NCBI GenBank assembly: GCA_964035545.1
Contig: OZ037765.1
Span: 12,658,698 to 12,722,697 of the forward strand
Length of the DNA: 64,000 nucleotides
Reading direction: 5' to 3'
Source: Bugula neritina
Lineage: Eukaryota > Animalia > Bryozoa
Below are positions 50,097-64,000 of this stretch, in pieces. Positions within the stretch are counted from its first letter, which is position 1, and each line of letters starts with the position of its first letter. The position numbers and the translations under genes were made by a program. The notes beneath the pieces were generated by a model. That model saw nothing but the letters and a program-made list of their open reading frames with translations, did no database searches and was not told where the DNA came from.

Positions 50097-53000
50097 CTAG
50101 ACGGCTGTTTGCACTTTTGACTTTTTTGCATCTTTCTTTTTCCCGAAAGAGAACGATGGCATTCGTGCTTTCTTCTCCTTTTTCTCTTTTTTCTTCTTGG
50201 AATCTTTTGACGGAGAGTCAGTCTACAAATAACGAAGCTAAGTTGTACAACTCTACAGGGCACCCTTTATTCCCCACCTTTTCCTGTCCCATAACAATTC
50301 TGTATCTCAGCATAAGCTGTGTAAAAATCCAACACATTCTAAAAATATAAGAATAATGAAGCCTGATGATGATAATAATAATGTTATGTAACTAATCTGT
50401 CACACACCTGTCCATTCTCCTCACCGGCATGTTCCTCATCATTGTGATTAGGATCAGACTCAGGGGAAAGAGGTCTTTCACCTGAAATTTAGACAAGTTC
50501 AGTAGAAATTTAAATTCCAGAAAAAAAGCTAAGTTAATATTTTGCTTTGGTGTCTAAATGTGTGATTATATACAATACATTAAAAACGTTTGTAAAACAA
50601 TTCGCCAACATTACTGGGAGTTGTCTTCCCCTTCCAAAAACTACTGTATTTCTATAAATACTGTACAGCAATAAATTTCGAGATATGACTGCAAAACCAA
50701 ATATTCTACTGTATTAACTTTGCTATAAAGTACTATTATTTGTAACTGCAGAACGCCCTTAACAACACAACTCCAAATAAATATTTAAAATTTAATGAAG
50801 GCTAATTTTCAAATTTTTAATTGAGCATATTCAAAGTGTTTAAAACCAATAATAACACATTATATTGCTTAGCAGTTCTCTATTTATTTAGAACCTACTG
50901 TAAAGGTGGTAAAAAAATCTTTCCAAAAATATTAAAATTAATCCAATTTTCAAAATTAATAAATCTACATTATATCAATAAACTGGCACATTCAACTGCC
51001 ACCTATTGAATGTCATTACAAACCACCCTTCCATCATCGTTATACCTTTCTTAGGTTTGCGCTCTGATTTAGACCGCTGAAAATGACTCTTACTCTTTAT
51101 TTCATCTACAACTAGATTGAGCGAGCAAATAATGGGTAACTGAACAAGCAGGAACACAACAACTACTGCACTATCAACACATGCAATGAAAGTCAGAAGT
51201 TAGCCAGGTGGTAGCAAAATATAAAACAAACATGCAATGGCTGCAAATTGGTGATAGTTAGAATGAGCAACATTCAGGTCAAACTATGCAACAGTATAAA
51301 ACACAACACAGCATTGTTACGATACTAATACTATAGATAGGATGAGGAGTCATCTATGAGAGAGGTGTGCACGGCAGAACTTACGTTCACTAGACTTAGC
51401 AGGGCCCTTCATGGACGAGTACCCCTCAGCTCCTCTCTGAAGGGGAGCTGCTTGCGGCAGCGTTTGTGAATTCTTTTGAGTGGCCTTTTGTGGGGACAAT
51501 TGTGGAAGTTCTAAACAATGTAACACACCATTGACTACGAGCATGCAGTGCCAGCAAGCAACATGAAGGTACATACAAAACAATACTCTCAGGGTGAGAT
51601 TACAGCATGAAACTGGGTGCAACACACATGTATGCAATATAAATAATCGGTAATCATTTGTAAAAGAAGGAAAACATATAAATAGCAGCTGGAAAGAAAG
51701 AGACTAGAGAAGTGAGAAGGTGGTTTATGTAAAGGAAGAGGTGTGGGGGTTGTCTTTCACATGCACTCTACAGTGGTAGTGGCGTCTTGTATGAGCTCAC
51801 TACTACAAGCGCTCAGCTCTTATACCAACCTGTTCTACTAAGACGAGGGGCAGCAATAGGAAGGGTGGGAGAGGCCAACGCCTCGTCAACGTTAGTTTCC
51901 TTAGACTGTGCTCGTCTGATAGCTGGCAAATCACACATGTACAACAGGTACTACATGCATAGAAGACAATATATAGAATAGGAAACAGAAAAGCAGGATA
52001 AACAACATAAATGTTTCTTGACTCAGTTATATTAACCACGCAGCTTCAGAGAATCAGCATTTCTATCAACTCTATTCTACTGAGACTATTTGCTTCAGAT
52101 ATTGTTGAACACATCATTGCAATTTATTAAAAAAAAATTCCCATTTGTTATATTTGTGCAGAAAGAAGGGTGTTAATTTGCATACTACTTGTATATTACA
52201 CAGTGCAAGTGCAAAGTACACCACAAAAAGTGCAAGAACTCAACGTAAGCATCTACATGCTACAGCTACCTATCACCACCCATTATCAATTAAGCTGTGC
52301 CATTATTTATTAATGCATAAGCAAGTGACATAAGCTATATTGCCTTTATCATTTCTATTATAATCATTATCATTACAGTTTTTATTTAAATCTGTTTTTT
52401 AATTTGATAGATTTAGGAACTAGAAAAATTGTTAATTTTTTAAGGGAATCAAATGAAATTATTAAAAAAAGTCCTATTTAAATGGTTAATAAACTCTAGT
52501 TACTCTAACAAAGCATTCTTTAGTAGGCATTAAAACGAAGCATTCAAAGCAGGTGTTTGCTGCCAAGCCGGTGAGAGTAAGTTGAAAGCTGATTGGTTGG
52601 ATACCTGGTCGATAATATCTATGCTGTTTTCTGGGAGATTCAGGTGAAAGCTTTGGAGAAGCAGATGTGGTAAAAGCTACATCACTTATTGGCTGAAATT
52701 CTATATATAAATAGTAGAATCTAGTAAAAAGTAACCAACTGTAGGAGATGTAAAACTCCCACTGGTATGTTACCAACTGAACAAAGATAGCAAACTCAGG
52801 ATAGCACAGTGAAAGCTAGGAGCACCATCACCTAGTCTGGGCTACATACATATATAGCAGCATATTGGCAAGCAAATAAAATCAGTTCAAATAGAGGATA
52901 GAGAGAATATGGACAGGGATGCAGCAGGCATTCATGCCATGATCATGTGGCTTCTTCCACTGGAAACAACATTCTACCACCTCTCCAGCTCTACCACTAA

Positions 53001-56000
53001 CCTGGTTCGGATTCCAATGTGGAATTCTCCATTTCATTCACAACTTCTTCAATAGCAGGGTTAGCAGAAGGCGAGAAATCACCAGAATCCACCTCAGCTA
53101 ATTGCAACAGCATAAATAGTATACAGTACTTCTAATATTAAACGACAATAATAATAATGTGCAAACACCTACATTAATTCTAGGGTCAACAAAACTTGCT
53201 TTGACATTATTTCAATTTGAAAATTCAAAAATATTCCATTATATCATAACTGGTAGATGTGAACTCGCTGGTGTACCTTGCAGCTGCTGCTCAATGTCTG
53301 CAAGGACCTCTTCCTTCGGAGGCTTTTCTCCTCGATTCACAGCATCTTCGTAGTCCTTTAGTTCTTCATCGCTCATCTTATCAAAAGGATTAGTGGCATA
53401 GTAGGACTTGTAGACTATAGCATTGTGCTGGTGCTCCCTCTTGATGATTCCTTTACTAGCCGCCCCCACTATCTTTATGTGATCTCCAGCAGCCAGAGCT
53501 CCGTCCTACAGAGAGGAGAAAACTCTACATGGTACAACTATATTTATGAAAGTAACAGTGTGAAGAAGAGTGTCTACAGGTGGTGAACTTCAAATTATAG
53601 AGCACAAGCTTTCAACAGTCAAAACAGTAATTCTTTTTTCTTTAGATCGTGTAAGAATGAGTAAACCAAAACTAATGCTTGTTTTTACAATTGTTTTCAT
53701 TTGAAATTTACATGCTTGCAAGCCAATGTGCATCCATGTCTGAATGGTAAAACAGGGAGAAGATAACTCTTAAAATGCCTACAATAGATATTTTTGCTGA
53801 CCACAAAATTGTGTTTATGCTAAAATAGGAGTGCAAAGCAATATTTATTGATCTAGTAATATTTGAGCTAACATTTTCAACTGGCATACTATCTATACGC
53901 AAGCACAGTGACCACATGACCTTTGAACTGTGAGAAGACATGTTATAGACTCACAGTGAGCTGGCCCTCTACTACACCTCCCTCAAGTATCTTAGACTGA
54001 TATCCGGCTGTAATCTTATCAGTGTAGTAACCATCTTTTATCTACAATTTTAGTTAATGTTATCAGCATAGATTGAGTTAATATGAGTTGAAACCCTCTG
54101 GAATGCTAAGATGGAAAATACTGAAAGAGTAATGCATAAAACTAGTTTCTATAATATTTTCAGCACATCAACTGGAAAAATTGCATAAGCACTCTAAGAC
54201 CTAAGTAATTGCCTGTTATAAATACAGCTTACAAATTTTTTGCTCTTGTAAACATCAATATATGTAATTCAACTAAATAATACAAGCACAAACATTACAA
54301 GTTATGCTGATAGTAGACAACTCCAAGGTGCAGAGTAAACCAACTCTAGTCTGGAATTCTAAGAATTTGTTAAAGAATAATGTGAAAACATAATACAAAA
54401 TGAACTGTTGACACTACATAGTGAAGACAGCCGGTTATAAGCTATACACGTTCAACTGTGACAAGTGTAGAGAGAAAGGACCATGCATACAAAGAACTGT
54501 TGACAAGTGTTGAGACTTGTATACACAACAGTCAATATGTCTCCAGTAGGAAAATATGCTAGTGAATGTTGGGTTAGATTACGAAGAGCTGCACTGTCTA
54601 CCTGTCTCTGTTGCTGAATATACTCCTTGGGGTTACTGCCCTGCGGGGCAAACTGGTTACGGTTTTCAATTCTGACAGAAGCACCCTGCTTGCTGGGGGA
54701 ATCAGTTGCAGCCACCCACTAAAACACAGAATACACGGCATGCAGCGTACAAGACCACACCTCACTCACAACATGCCACAAGTCATGCAGTTGACTTCTT
54801 ACATGGCGAAACATTTTCTTCATTTCCAGCCTCTCACCACCGAGAGGGGCAAACTGGTTCTTCCCAGTCAACATAAATGCTGGGTTTGTTTGCTCACATA
54901 TAAATTCCTTTCTCCACTAAACAGACATAAAAATGTTGACTATTCATTGTCCCTACCCTGATATTTAGCAAACAAAAAAGGATTAGGTCAGAGTGATGGC
55001 ATCTACCACCATCTTATAGAAGATAGTGATTAGTGTTCATACACAGCTATAGTAGCAGTAATAAAGTGAATATTAGTAGCAGGTGCTGGTATTTCAGCAG
55101 CACACATCAGTATGGTATACATGAAGGCCTACAGTAAGAAATGACCTCAATAACTCAACTACCGACACTAGGGACACTTAATGTAATCAAGTTAATGCCA
55201 CTTGAGACTGCATCATATTTCCTAACAATAAAACAAAAATTACGTAACATAACTGAGAGTTGTCACACACTTTAAAGAAAACTAAAATAGAAATGATTAG
55301 TTAACAGGAATAATCAGGTAGGTTAGTTTTATAAAGTTGTCAACGGTTGTGTCTGCCGGCTACAAAATACTAATAGTCATATAAAATGATAAATTAACTT
55401 ACATACAAAAGTAACATATGAATCAATACATAATATATACTAAATCATTGGTCATTTTATATACTTTATATACTATATAGCCCTGTTTTATCACTACTTC
55501 AGGTTTAAGAAACACCGCTGACCTATTAAAAAGTAGTTTTCAAGTTCTAAACACTTAGTACAGCTAATCGAGCTTCAATACAAATCTAGAACTTTTTCAA
55601 ATTATTTTCAACAGATTTATTTTAATTGCAGAAAGTAGCCCATTGATTGAGTCAGACCTGAACTAATGCAACCATTGAACTTTAATTAAGAAATCATGCA
55701 GCATCTGTAAGGTGGCTTACTATCATTACAGTAATTTTATTGGCTGAGTTTAGCCAATAAGATTACCTGTAGCAGTTAGGGACCTACACAACTAGTAAAT
55801 TAGGCCCTCTGCAAGGTGACTGTCTAGCTATCTATAGTTGCCCCTAATGCCTAATTTATTCCCTTAATTAGATGTATTACTTGGTTGTTAATAGGTAATA
55901 AGTGCACACATAATTAAGATACATTGCGACTATGTTATGGACAATTACATATTATTCACACAATGCTCTAACTTGCCAGTATTGTATTGGCTTATCAGTG

Positions 56001-59000
56001 TTTACTCCATTCACTGGCAACACTTTCACAGCAAGCTAGACAAATAATCTCTCTGGTTAACCTACTTGAGAGTGTCAAACATATTCCATAGCCCTGAGTG
56101 ACTGAACTGTGTGAGCTTGTACCATGGCAACCAGAAATCAGATTAAAAGTTCAAAACTAACTACACTTTTCATTGTATCAGATCTACCATCACTCTACTT
56201 CACAAGGAGCATAAACTGAATATCCGAGGCTGTGAAGAATTAAGTTTTCCACAGACTAATAAAAATACTAATTGCCACTAGATTTAATTAGTTCAAACAT
56301 AGATTTAATTTAAATGTAAATAAGCTTGAGTTTTCAGCATAACTTCGTGAACATTTTCTTTTACAAACCAAACAAATCTGTTGTTCTGTTCAAGGCAGTG
56401 TATTGGTCTAAAAAGTAGTTCTACTCAATCATAAGGAATTGCTACTATACCAATTGGAAAGGTTAGCAACACACTACTTTCAAATATATTGAAACTGTTT
56501 TAAAATTTCTTAGCTGTGCCTAAATTAATTGCCCTTTGGTAATTGTTCCCAAACGTGAAATGCATATCTGTTGACAAAGTTAAATGTTGCTGCAACTAAA
56601 ATGTACCAAATATCTGAGTTGTGTCCCCACAATCTATTTATTGCCCTTCAGTCTCGCAACATTAGATCACAGTAGACCATGGCGACTAAACAAATAGCAA
56701 GTAGCTGTGCAGTAAAACGTACTGTTTAAATATGCGACCATTGGTAATTTTTTGGAATTTATCTAAAAGTTGAAATTGAAAACTTTTTCTTAAACACCAA
56801 TCATTACAATTTGGTGAAAAAAGAGAAAATGATTTCATACTAGCTAAAAACCACAATGCACTATGGTAAGCATACCTTTGTAATTTTTTTGGGATTATCT
56901 GTCCCGATTTCATCAATTTCCTCTCTCTTATAGGTGTTGGGTGTGTTTAGCCAATCGCTCTTCTGCAGGCGTTTGTTTCTCTCTTTGATGTCTTTAATGT
57001 GCTGTCTAAATATAGGTAGGTAATATAAAATAACGTGTACTTCAAATATGTTTAAAGCGTGAGTATCATATTATATATATTTGTCTATTTTTGTTGCCAA
57101 TGAGTTGAACAACTGCAGTGATTATAAAATTCAAAAACTTAATTTATTTCCATTCAGCTTTGCAAGTTGCAACTAAAACCACAGATACTATAAGATGGAC
57201 TAATCTGTTTAAATGGCAGTTAAACTAATATTTGTTGTAGTTTAGTTTTTTTTATAATGGCTGACTAAGAATTATGACTACTTCTAACTACTTGCACTTC
57301 CAACGTAGTTCTTATGCTATATAATTTCAACTGCCCTAATATATTTAGCCCGAGACCCTCTCAAAACTAAACCTTTCTCTTGGGGTGGGTGCAGTTGAAA
57401 TTTATTACTTAGTGCTTCATAGAACTACTACACAATACACATCCTGTATATATTATATTATACGTGTTGATGTATGCAATGAAATCAGCAATATAATGCT
57501 CTAGCTTCGTATAAACTAACAACTACGGTGCAGCTTTCACCTGCCAACATCAAATTATCGCTGCCATCATTAGAGAGTGTGGAAATGACTCAGGCAACCC
57601 ACAGACAGCTACATCATGTAATGCTAGGGTAGAGTTGCAAACATCATAAAAGTTTTTATTGCGTTCTACTCGAATTGCAAACAGGAATGACAGCAATATA
57701 AGGGCTAAACAAGTACCACTGCCCACTTGAGAGCCAACAAGCGTAGGCATACACAACAAACATTGTTGGAATAATTTATGCTGCCTATAACTTTGTTAGA
57801 TACTTGAGTACTATAATTACAATATAGTTGTTTGCCAGCCCAATAACGGTTTGCTAATGAATAAGGAATCAATATTGTAGCTATTGATAGGGATGAGATA
57901 GCCCACTCAATCTAGGTCATCCTTGCTCAGCTGATGGTACTAGCTAGTCTACTACATACAACCAGTTAGAGAGGTCCAATATATGGCTGATGTATATATA
58001 AATATATATACTATAGAAGACTAATAGCTTATACCAACACAACATGCACACATCCAGGCTAAGGAGTTCACACAAAAGCAAACTGATTTAGCACATGTGT
58101 CGTATTAATAAGAGGGGGCGATGGCCTAAGTGGTGCACTAATCTCTAGTTTAGTCACAGTATTATTACTAGTTATATAATATGTTTTATTAACACATCTC
58201 TCATAGCTCAAGGGTCATTCACATGTCAATCTCCACCTTCAACTTGAAGACGCAGAAACTTCCACACGGTGCATGTGTGCTATTCAGGGATCAAATAAAA
58301 AGGGGAGATAATTCTATAAAGTATGAAAAAATCAATGATACATACTTCAAATTGCCCATTTCATCATAGTATGTGAGAGTTGAAGTAGCAGGAGGGTATT
58401 CAACATCATGTGTTTGTTTGTCTGTCCTCTCACACTTGAGTATTGGTAGTTTATACTGATACCCTGTGCGATATCCCTGCAATACACAACTAATCTAGTA
58501 TGTGGAACAGGGGGAAAACAATTGCAAAGTTCGGGAGCAAAACTGAACACCCCCAATTCTATTAAATGAAAGTTATAAGGACTACAAGGTTACTACTGTT
58601 AACATTTTAAAGTGAACAGTGAAGTTATGGCTCATTGAACCAGAAAAACGATTGAACTAGGTGAAGATGTATATAAACTAGGAGCTCCCTACAACAAAGG
58701 AACCAGAGCCATTTGACACTGGGGAGTGACGGTCTACTCACAGCGTTGTCCAGCCTTCTCATCTCTGCCTCAAACTCCAGTTCACCTTTACGCCACTTCT
58801 TTGGACTATCTTGAGAAACACCATCATTGAAATTAGCTGCAAGCTGAGCCGCTTCGTCTGATACCATGACCAGCTCTTCTTGTGGTATGCCCATCATTTT
58901 AACCTGAGTTAATCACATAATACAAACTCTAACAACACTCAAAGAGTTGGTTTCTGTATTTTATTTTGTAACCCAGATGGAGGAACCCAACATGTCTATA

Positions 59001-61813
59001 TGAAGAAGAGTTTTGTATTCTCTACAGACACATTTATATAATTCTAGTTCAAAATTATAAACTTTCCAAATGACATATAAACAGCAATAATGCACATGCA
59101 TATACATGTATAACTTCACCCGGATATCACAAAATACTAATAAGAACAATTGAGTGGTGATCTAAGAGGCCAAAGAGGTCAACCATACAATTCTTTCACT
59201 AGAAATCTGATTTAATCAGTTGCAATATTCGGAGCAGAGAGAAAAAGATAATTTTATGACACTAACTATTTATGACACATTTATTTACTCAATGCCAGAA
59301 ACTTATCTTTTTGGTACTCAACATAACAAAACAGTTTCTAAATTCTATGATTCCTAGGCATGCACTTTAGGCAGAGAATTGTTTGCATATACCAACGGTA
59401 AGACATGTCAACATGTGATGGTCACCAAGTTTAAGAGCAATAGACAACATGTTACAAGGAAGCTCATCTGTTGAGTTAGTTCATGAGGTTACGTGTGCAT
59501 TAATAGTACAATGAGTGAATCCACTGCACTGTGGGCTGTGTAGATTACCTGGAACTCACAAGCTGTTATAACAGCTTTAAGTTGATGGTAGACTTCCTCC
59601 ACAGTTTCTCCACAGACAACCACACCATGATTTCTTAGAAACATGACTTTATTATTGGGCCCGAGATCTCTGGCTATACTTTCTTTCTCCTCGTCGTTCA
59701 CAAGAACACCGCAGTAACTGTGGTAACTCACTTTACCCAGCGAGACAGCTTCTGGAGTGAGTGGTAAGAGACCATGCTTCACTGTGGCTACCTAAACACA
59801 CGACCTTGGATATAACATTCAGCACAAACAACCAGCTCTTTCCTAGTGAGACTTACCTTTTCTTTAAACTATGTATTTATAAAAACACTACAATCTATGA
59901 AATAAAATACAGTGAACAAATGCGTGCAAGTATTGGGTAAGCTGAACACCAAATAACTTAACACCAGTCACCAAAACAACATTTTCCTAATGTATAAAAA
60001 ATTGCAGGTATGTGACACATTCTTAGATCTGCAGGGTTGGAAAACATAACAAGATTTTATGATTTAATAAAGAACATCATTGAATAATTATATTGAATCA
60101 TGTGAGGCTTGCACATGTATTAGCATTACAAGTGCTGCAAACAGTTTCTTCATTTACATAAGATAAAAAGATTTACTTGAAAATTTAGAAAAAGTCAAAA
60201 ATAAAAATAAAGAAATATCACTATATCTAAGGATGGAGTGACATTGTGCAATATTAAGGTATATATATAACTTATGTATAACATTTATATACTGTATTTA
60301 TATACTGTATTTATATACTGTATTTATATACTGTATTTATGCACTGTATGTATATACTGTGTGTATGTAATGTATGTACATTTAACTTACAGCAACTGTG
60401 GAGGAGATGTGAGTGTGTACAATACATTTAACATCTGGCCTGGCCGCGTGTATTGCAGAGTGTAACATAAACCCTGCCTTGTTGACGCCGAGCATTGTGT
60501 TTCCTCTGTCAATAACATTGCCTTGCATATCAATTTTAGCCAAACTACCAGCAGTAATCTCTCCGTACAGCAAACCAAAAGGATTTATCAGGAAATGCTC
60601 TTGGTCTTGAGAAACCCTGGCCTGTAATGAGCCCTGATATGCATAACTGAGGACACATGAGTAGACTATGTAGTAGAAATATGTGATGCCAGCATAAAAC
60701 ATATCAAAGGACGCCCCCAGGTTGTCTAGCATAGAATCACCATTCATAGTTGACATATTTGCCAGGACAGCCCACCAGTTGCACTACACAAACATAACAT
60801 ATTATGTTTAATGACTGAGTAGTAGATTTAGCCTCTTTAACATAGCCCTGGGTTCACTAAACTACCCATACTGTAAACAAAATAGACTTAGATCTGAGCT
60901 AACACATGGCAATGAACTGCATAATAAAAGGACTTTAGTAGAATAGTTTCAATGAACGCTCATTATTATTAGATTTCTTGACTTTGATTTCAAGAAATAA
61001 TAAAATCAATAACCTAGCTTCTAAATTGGTCTACTACCACACAGCATAGCCATACACAACTGGCAGCCCAAACTTACGGTGATGTGGTTGTATATACCCT
61101 GTGTATAGCCATTTATATCCATTAATCTAAAGCAGGAGGCAAGTTTGCATCTCAACTGTCTTTCTCCTTTAGAATAGACTGAGGAGTTAACTCCCCTTAT
61201 GTCAGCTATAGGTATGATAGGGCCCGGAACTAAAAAGCAAAGTACATTTATACATCTTACTATGGTGTCATCAATATTAGTAAATTCTTGGCTGTATACA
61301 GCAAGCAGATGTAGGCACAGTAATGGAGACATTGAGAAAAGCCTGTGTTTTAGATTTTATAATTTCAACCCGAGCCAATCAAATCAAAATTTAATGATAA
61401 AATTAAAGAACTTGGGCTACCTCCATTTCTCCACTACTGTTCCTAAGTGAGCAAGCAGTGGGCAAACATCCCAATGATGAAAGGCATATTTAGTTTAAGT
61501 TACTCTCCTGGCTACACGGCATACTTGGTTATTTTATCACTTTGCAGTTATTATATAGCAGTTTTATGAGCAATACAGATGTTATCTCAAGCCTATGTAA
61601 GTGTATAATTATTCCTTTGATTCAATAGTAAGAGCAATTACAAACAAGTGACCTAGAAACTGGTGAGCAAGATGCAGGCTGATTGAGAGCAAGCTGTAGG
61701 GGCCTACCTGAGGCACTGGCAAGTTTAGAGGAAGTCGAACTGGATCCTGGCAGTATAAGTTGTGATATCTGTTGCAGGGCTATGAGACTGGCCGGGTGTG
61801 GCCCTGATTTTAG
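50097..61813 (-). CDS. ADD1: Adducin / hu-li tai shao homologue (5' exons outside window)
   Basis: Exons (approx.) 61813-61708, 61228-61077 (RCKLASCFRL...YNHIT), 60621-60390 (HFLINPFGLLYGEITA), 59791-59549 (FLRNHGVVVCGET), 58903-58743, 58476-58345 (GYRTGY), 57005-56876 (WLNTPN), 54916-54803 or 54718-54602, 54042-53955, 53505-53277, several phase-1 tail exons, and 50222-50097 (MARCKS-like KKKKEKKEKKARMPSFSFGKKK). The symbol indicates family only. Confidence 0.92.
60286..60362. repeat. (TATACTGTATTTA)n minisatellite
   Basis: Seen directly. Confidence 0.85.
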
Positions 61814-63844
61814 CTGTTAACAAATAGAATAGGCTAGACTCCAGAGCACCAATGAATTATAAGGTAATGACAGGCATAGATAAAGCACAATCAGTTTAGC
61901 ATATTTCAGTTGTACTATAATGTACAACCTCTTCATTTACTCTTCCAGTAATTAAAATAATTGAACATGCATTACTCAAAATAATGAGTGAACATTTTAA
62001 AACCTAAAAAGCTTTCAGGCACTTGCCTCCCTGCGACAGCTTTTGCCTGCTGCCTGCTTCTGCAGGTGAGTCAGCTCAGCAATGAGAGCTGACAGCAGCG
62101 TATGACTTGAAGACTTGCAACACAAACTAGCAGCTTCCATGTTCTACAGGCACTGACTATCTCGCCTATGCCCACCCAAATGGCTGGCTCTAACATTCCA
62201 TACCGCAAGCAGCACACATCTGATAGAAAGAGTAGGTAGGTAGACACATAAGACTGAGCTTAACGAGATATCATAAAGAGATAAGACTCCATGAGAAATT
62301 GGAACGTGAAATATTTTGGCAAAGTAATAAAAGGTCTAGAGGTGAAATGCTAAAGGCTGACACGAGGGGAAGGAAGGTATTCCGTTATGATTTATGGTGC
62401 TGCCTACAAACAAGCTTCTGATAATGTGCCCAGCCTTATGTACAGCTGACCTACTAAACCCATTCTATCACATTTCACTCTGGAGTTTCCACTCTACAAT
62501 TCAGTGACTGACTAACTGATAAGATATTTGGTGGGACTCTGAAACTCTGACAGATGAATGATTGAGTTTTAAATAAGATTAAAACTTGACGCATAGGCTG
62601 TTGGCCAGTAAGGATCATGAAGCAATACAGCAGCTAGGACTAGATGCAAGTACAAGTAATATCGAAGGTATACAACCGTCTACTATAAACTGTTTAGTTT
62701 ACAGTATAAACAGTTTTCCCTCACTGGGATGCCTTTACTGTTATGATAAATGTGTTAGGTTGCTGTTATGACTGTGAGTGTAAGTCAGCACACTAACTGA
62801 ACATCATATTCCTAGAAGACATGGGAGAGATACTGTGAATGTGAAATATGTGGAGGGCCATTTTAGATGTTAAGTACAAGGTGCCATGAAGGGTATATAT
62901 CCATGTGTATCCACAGGTTTTCAGCATCGTATAGGTTAGCAGGGCTTCTAGAAGCGATGATATAAATCACCAGGCCAGGAGACATTATGTCTACATCTCA
63001 AGTATCACTTCTCTCAATTGAATGATGAAATGGGCTGAAACGCAGGGCAAGGAAAAGTAATAAAAAGTTATATTTTTAATCTATTCCTAGATTAGAGTTA
63101 GTAGTATTAGGGTATGCTAGGAAAACTGGAGCCAAATATATAATTATGTATTTCCTAGAACAAGCAGGTGTAAGTTGAGGCCAATAGTAGTGTACAACAT
63201 GCAATGTGCTTCAGGAGTATGGAAAGACAGGCAGTGAGGAGAGGGTGGGTGAGGGCAGCATTTAACATACAAGGCAGCAAATACCCCTATCAGTGACTGA
63301 CTGGTGACAGAGGATGACATAACACAGACTCTGTGCAGAAAGCTGCTTGTAGACACTCACACAAAGAGCAACTAAGACAGCATGCCAACTTAATACTCTT
63401 TGGCTATCATCAGCTACATGCTCATGCTGCCATAGAACTATCAGGGGAAGCTGAGGAACTAGCCATCACAATCCACGCAGTAATAACTATAGGACCGACA
63501 GACATACAGACAGCAAATAAACTAACAAACACAAGAGCGATGCATCAACTTTACCAACACTCACTTGAGCACCTGGCGTTGGAACTGTTTCCTACATGGA
63601 GATAATCCAGTGGTGTATATTTTACAAACAATGTTTTATCAAATAGTGTTGGAATATTTTCATATAAATATTACAAATGTGAGTGGACACCAGATGCAGC
63701 ATGGTGATAGAAAATTTGTAGCTATTGCTCCAGGACAACATTTAGACACAAAAAGTCTCGATCCCTACAAGAATACTTTGTGGTACGGGCTTTTCTAAGT
63801 GGGCTAAGGACTCTGTATTCAAGTTTCTGACATGCCCAGTGGCC

Positions 63845-63895
63845 CTGCTGAGGTTCGAACCCATGACCTAGTACCTACATAGTCAGTGCTTTCTA
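63845..63895 (-). mobile_element. tRNA-like SINE head fragment
   Basis: ggttcgaacccatgacc B-box segment similar to the other SINE copies. Confidence 0.4.
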
Positions 63896-64000
63896 TGTAG
63901 CGAATACATAGCCTAAGGCCTAAGCTAAATAAGTTTCTCTTAAGTCTCTTGCACTACTCAAACCCTGAACTGTCAACAGCGCAGGTTATCTATGCACAAC

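Noticed and set aside
63567-63593. 27-nt microexon candidate (ETVPTPGAQ) on minus
   Set aside because: Splice sites are plausible, but the upstream adducin exon is outside the window so it cannot be tested.

Overview
AT-rich, intron-rich animal genomic DNA. It looks like a marine invertebrate/lophotrochozoan, but the taxon cannot be fixed from the sequence. Genes rebuilt by hand from GT-AG boundaries and exon phases, in order: (1) a type I membrane protein with signal peptide, 2 ShKT domains, Thr-rich mucin stalk, SEA-like region and TM helix (minus, 3305 to beyond the left edge); (2) MYO19 (minus, 20119-4226); (3) Rab24, head-to-head with MYO19 (plus, 24364-29367), with two alternative P-loop-encoding first coding exons; (4) a ~4.3 kb inverted duplication of the MYO19 3' end and ShKT gene 5' end (30257-35110), continuing into a decayed multi-ShKT array; (5) an NHL beta-propeller/HYR-like gene with one in-frame TAG, phase-compatible with further exons of an unrecognised domain; (6) a Ser/Thr-rich gene end; (7) adducin/hts (minus, from beyond the right edge to 50097) with a tandem pair of homologous exons. 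Repeats include tRNA-derived SINEs with TSDs, a decayed hAT element with nested MITEs, a second MITE family, two solo-LTR-like elements and microsatellites. Highlights: a complete type I hammerhead ribozyme inside a (TA)n tract at 40903-40949, the Rab24 P-loop swap, and the inverted duplication that leaves intact MYO19 tail exons in phase downstream of Rab24. All calls are by eye and from memory of protein families; no database searches were run.
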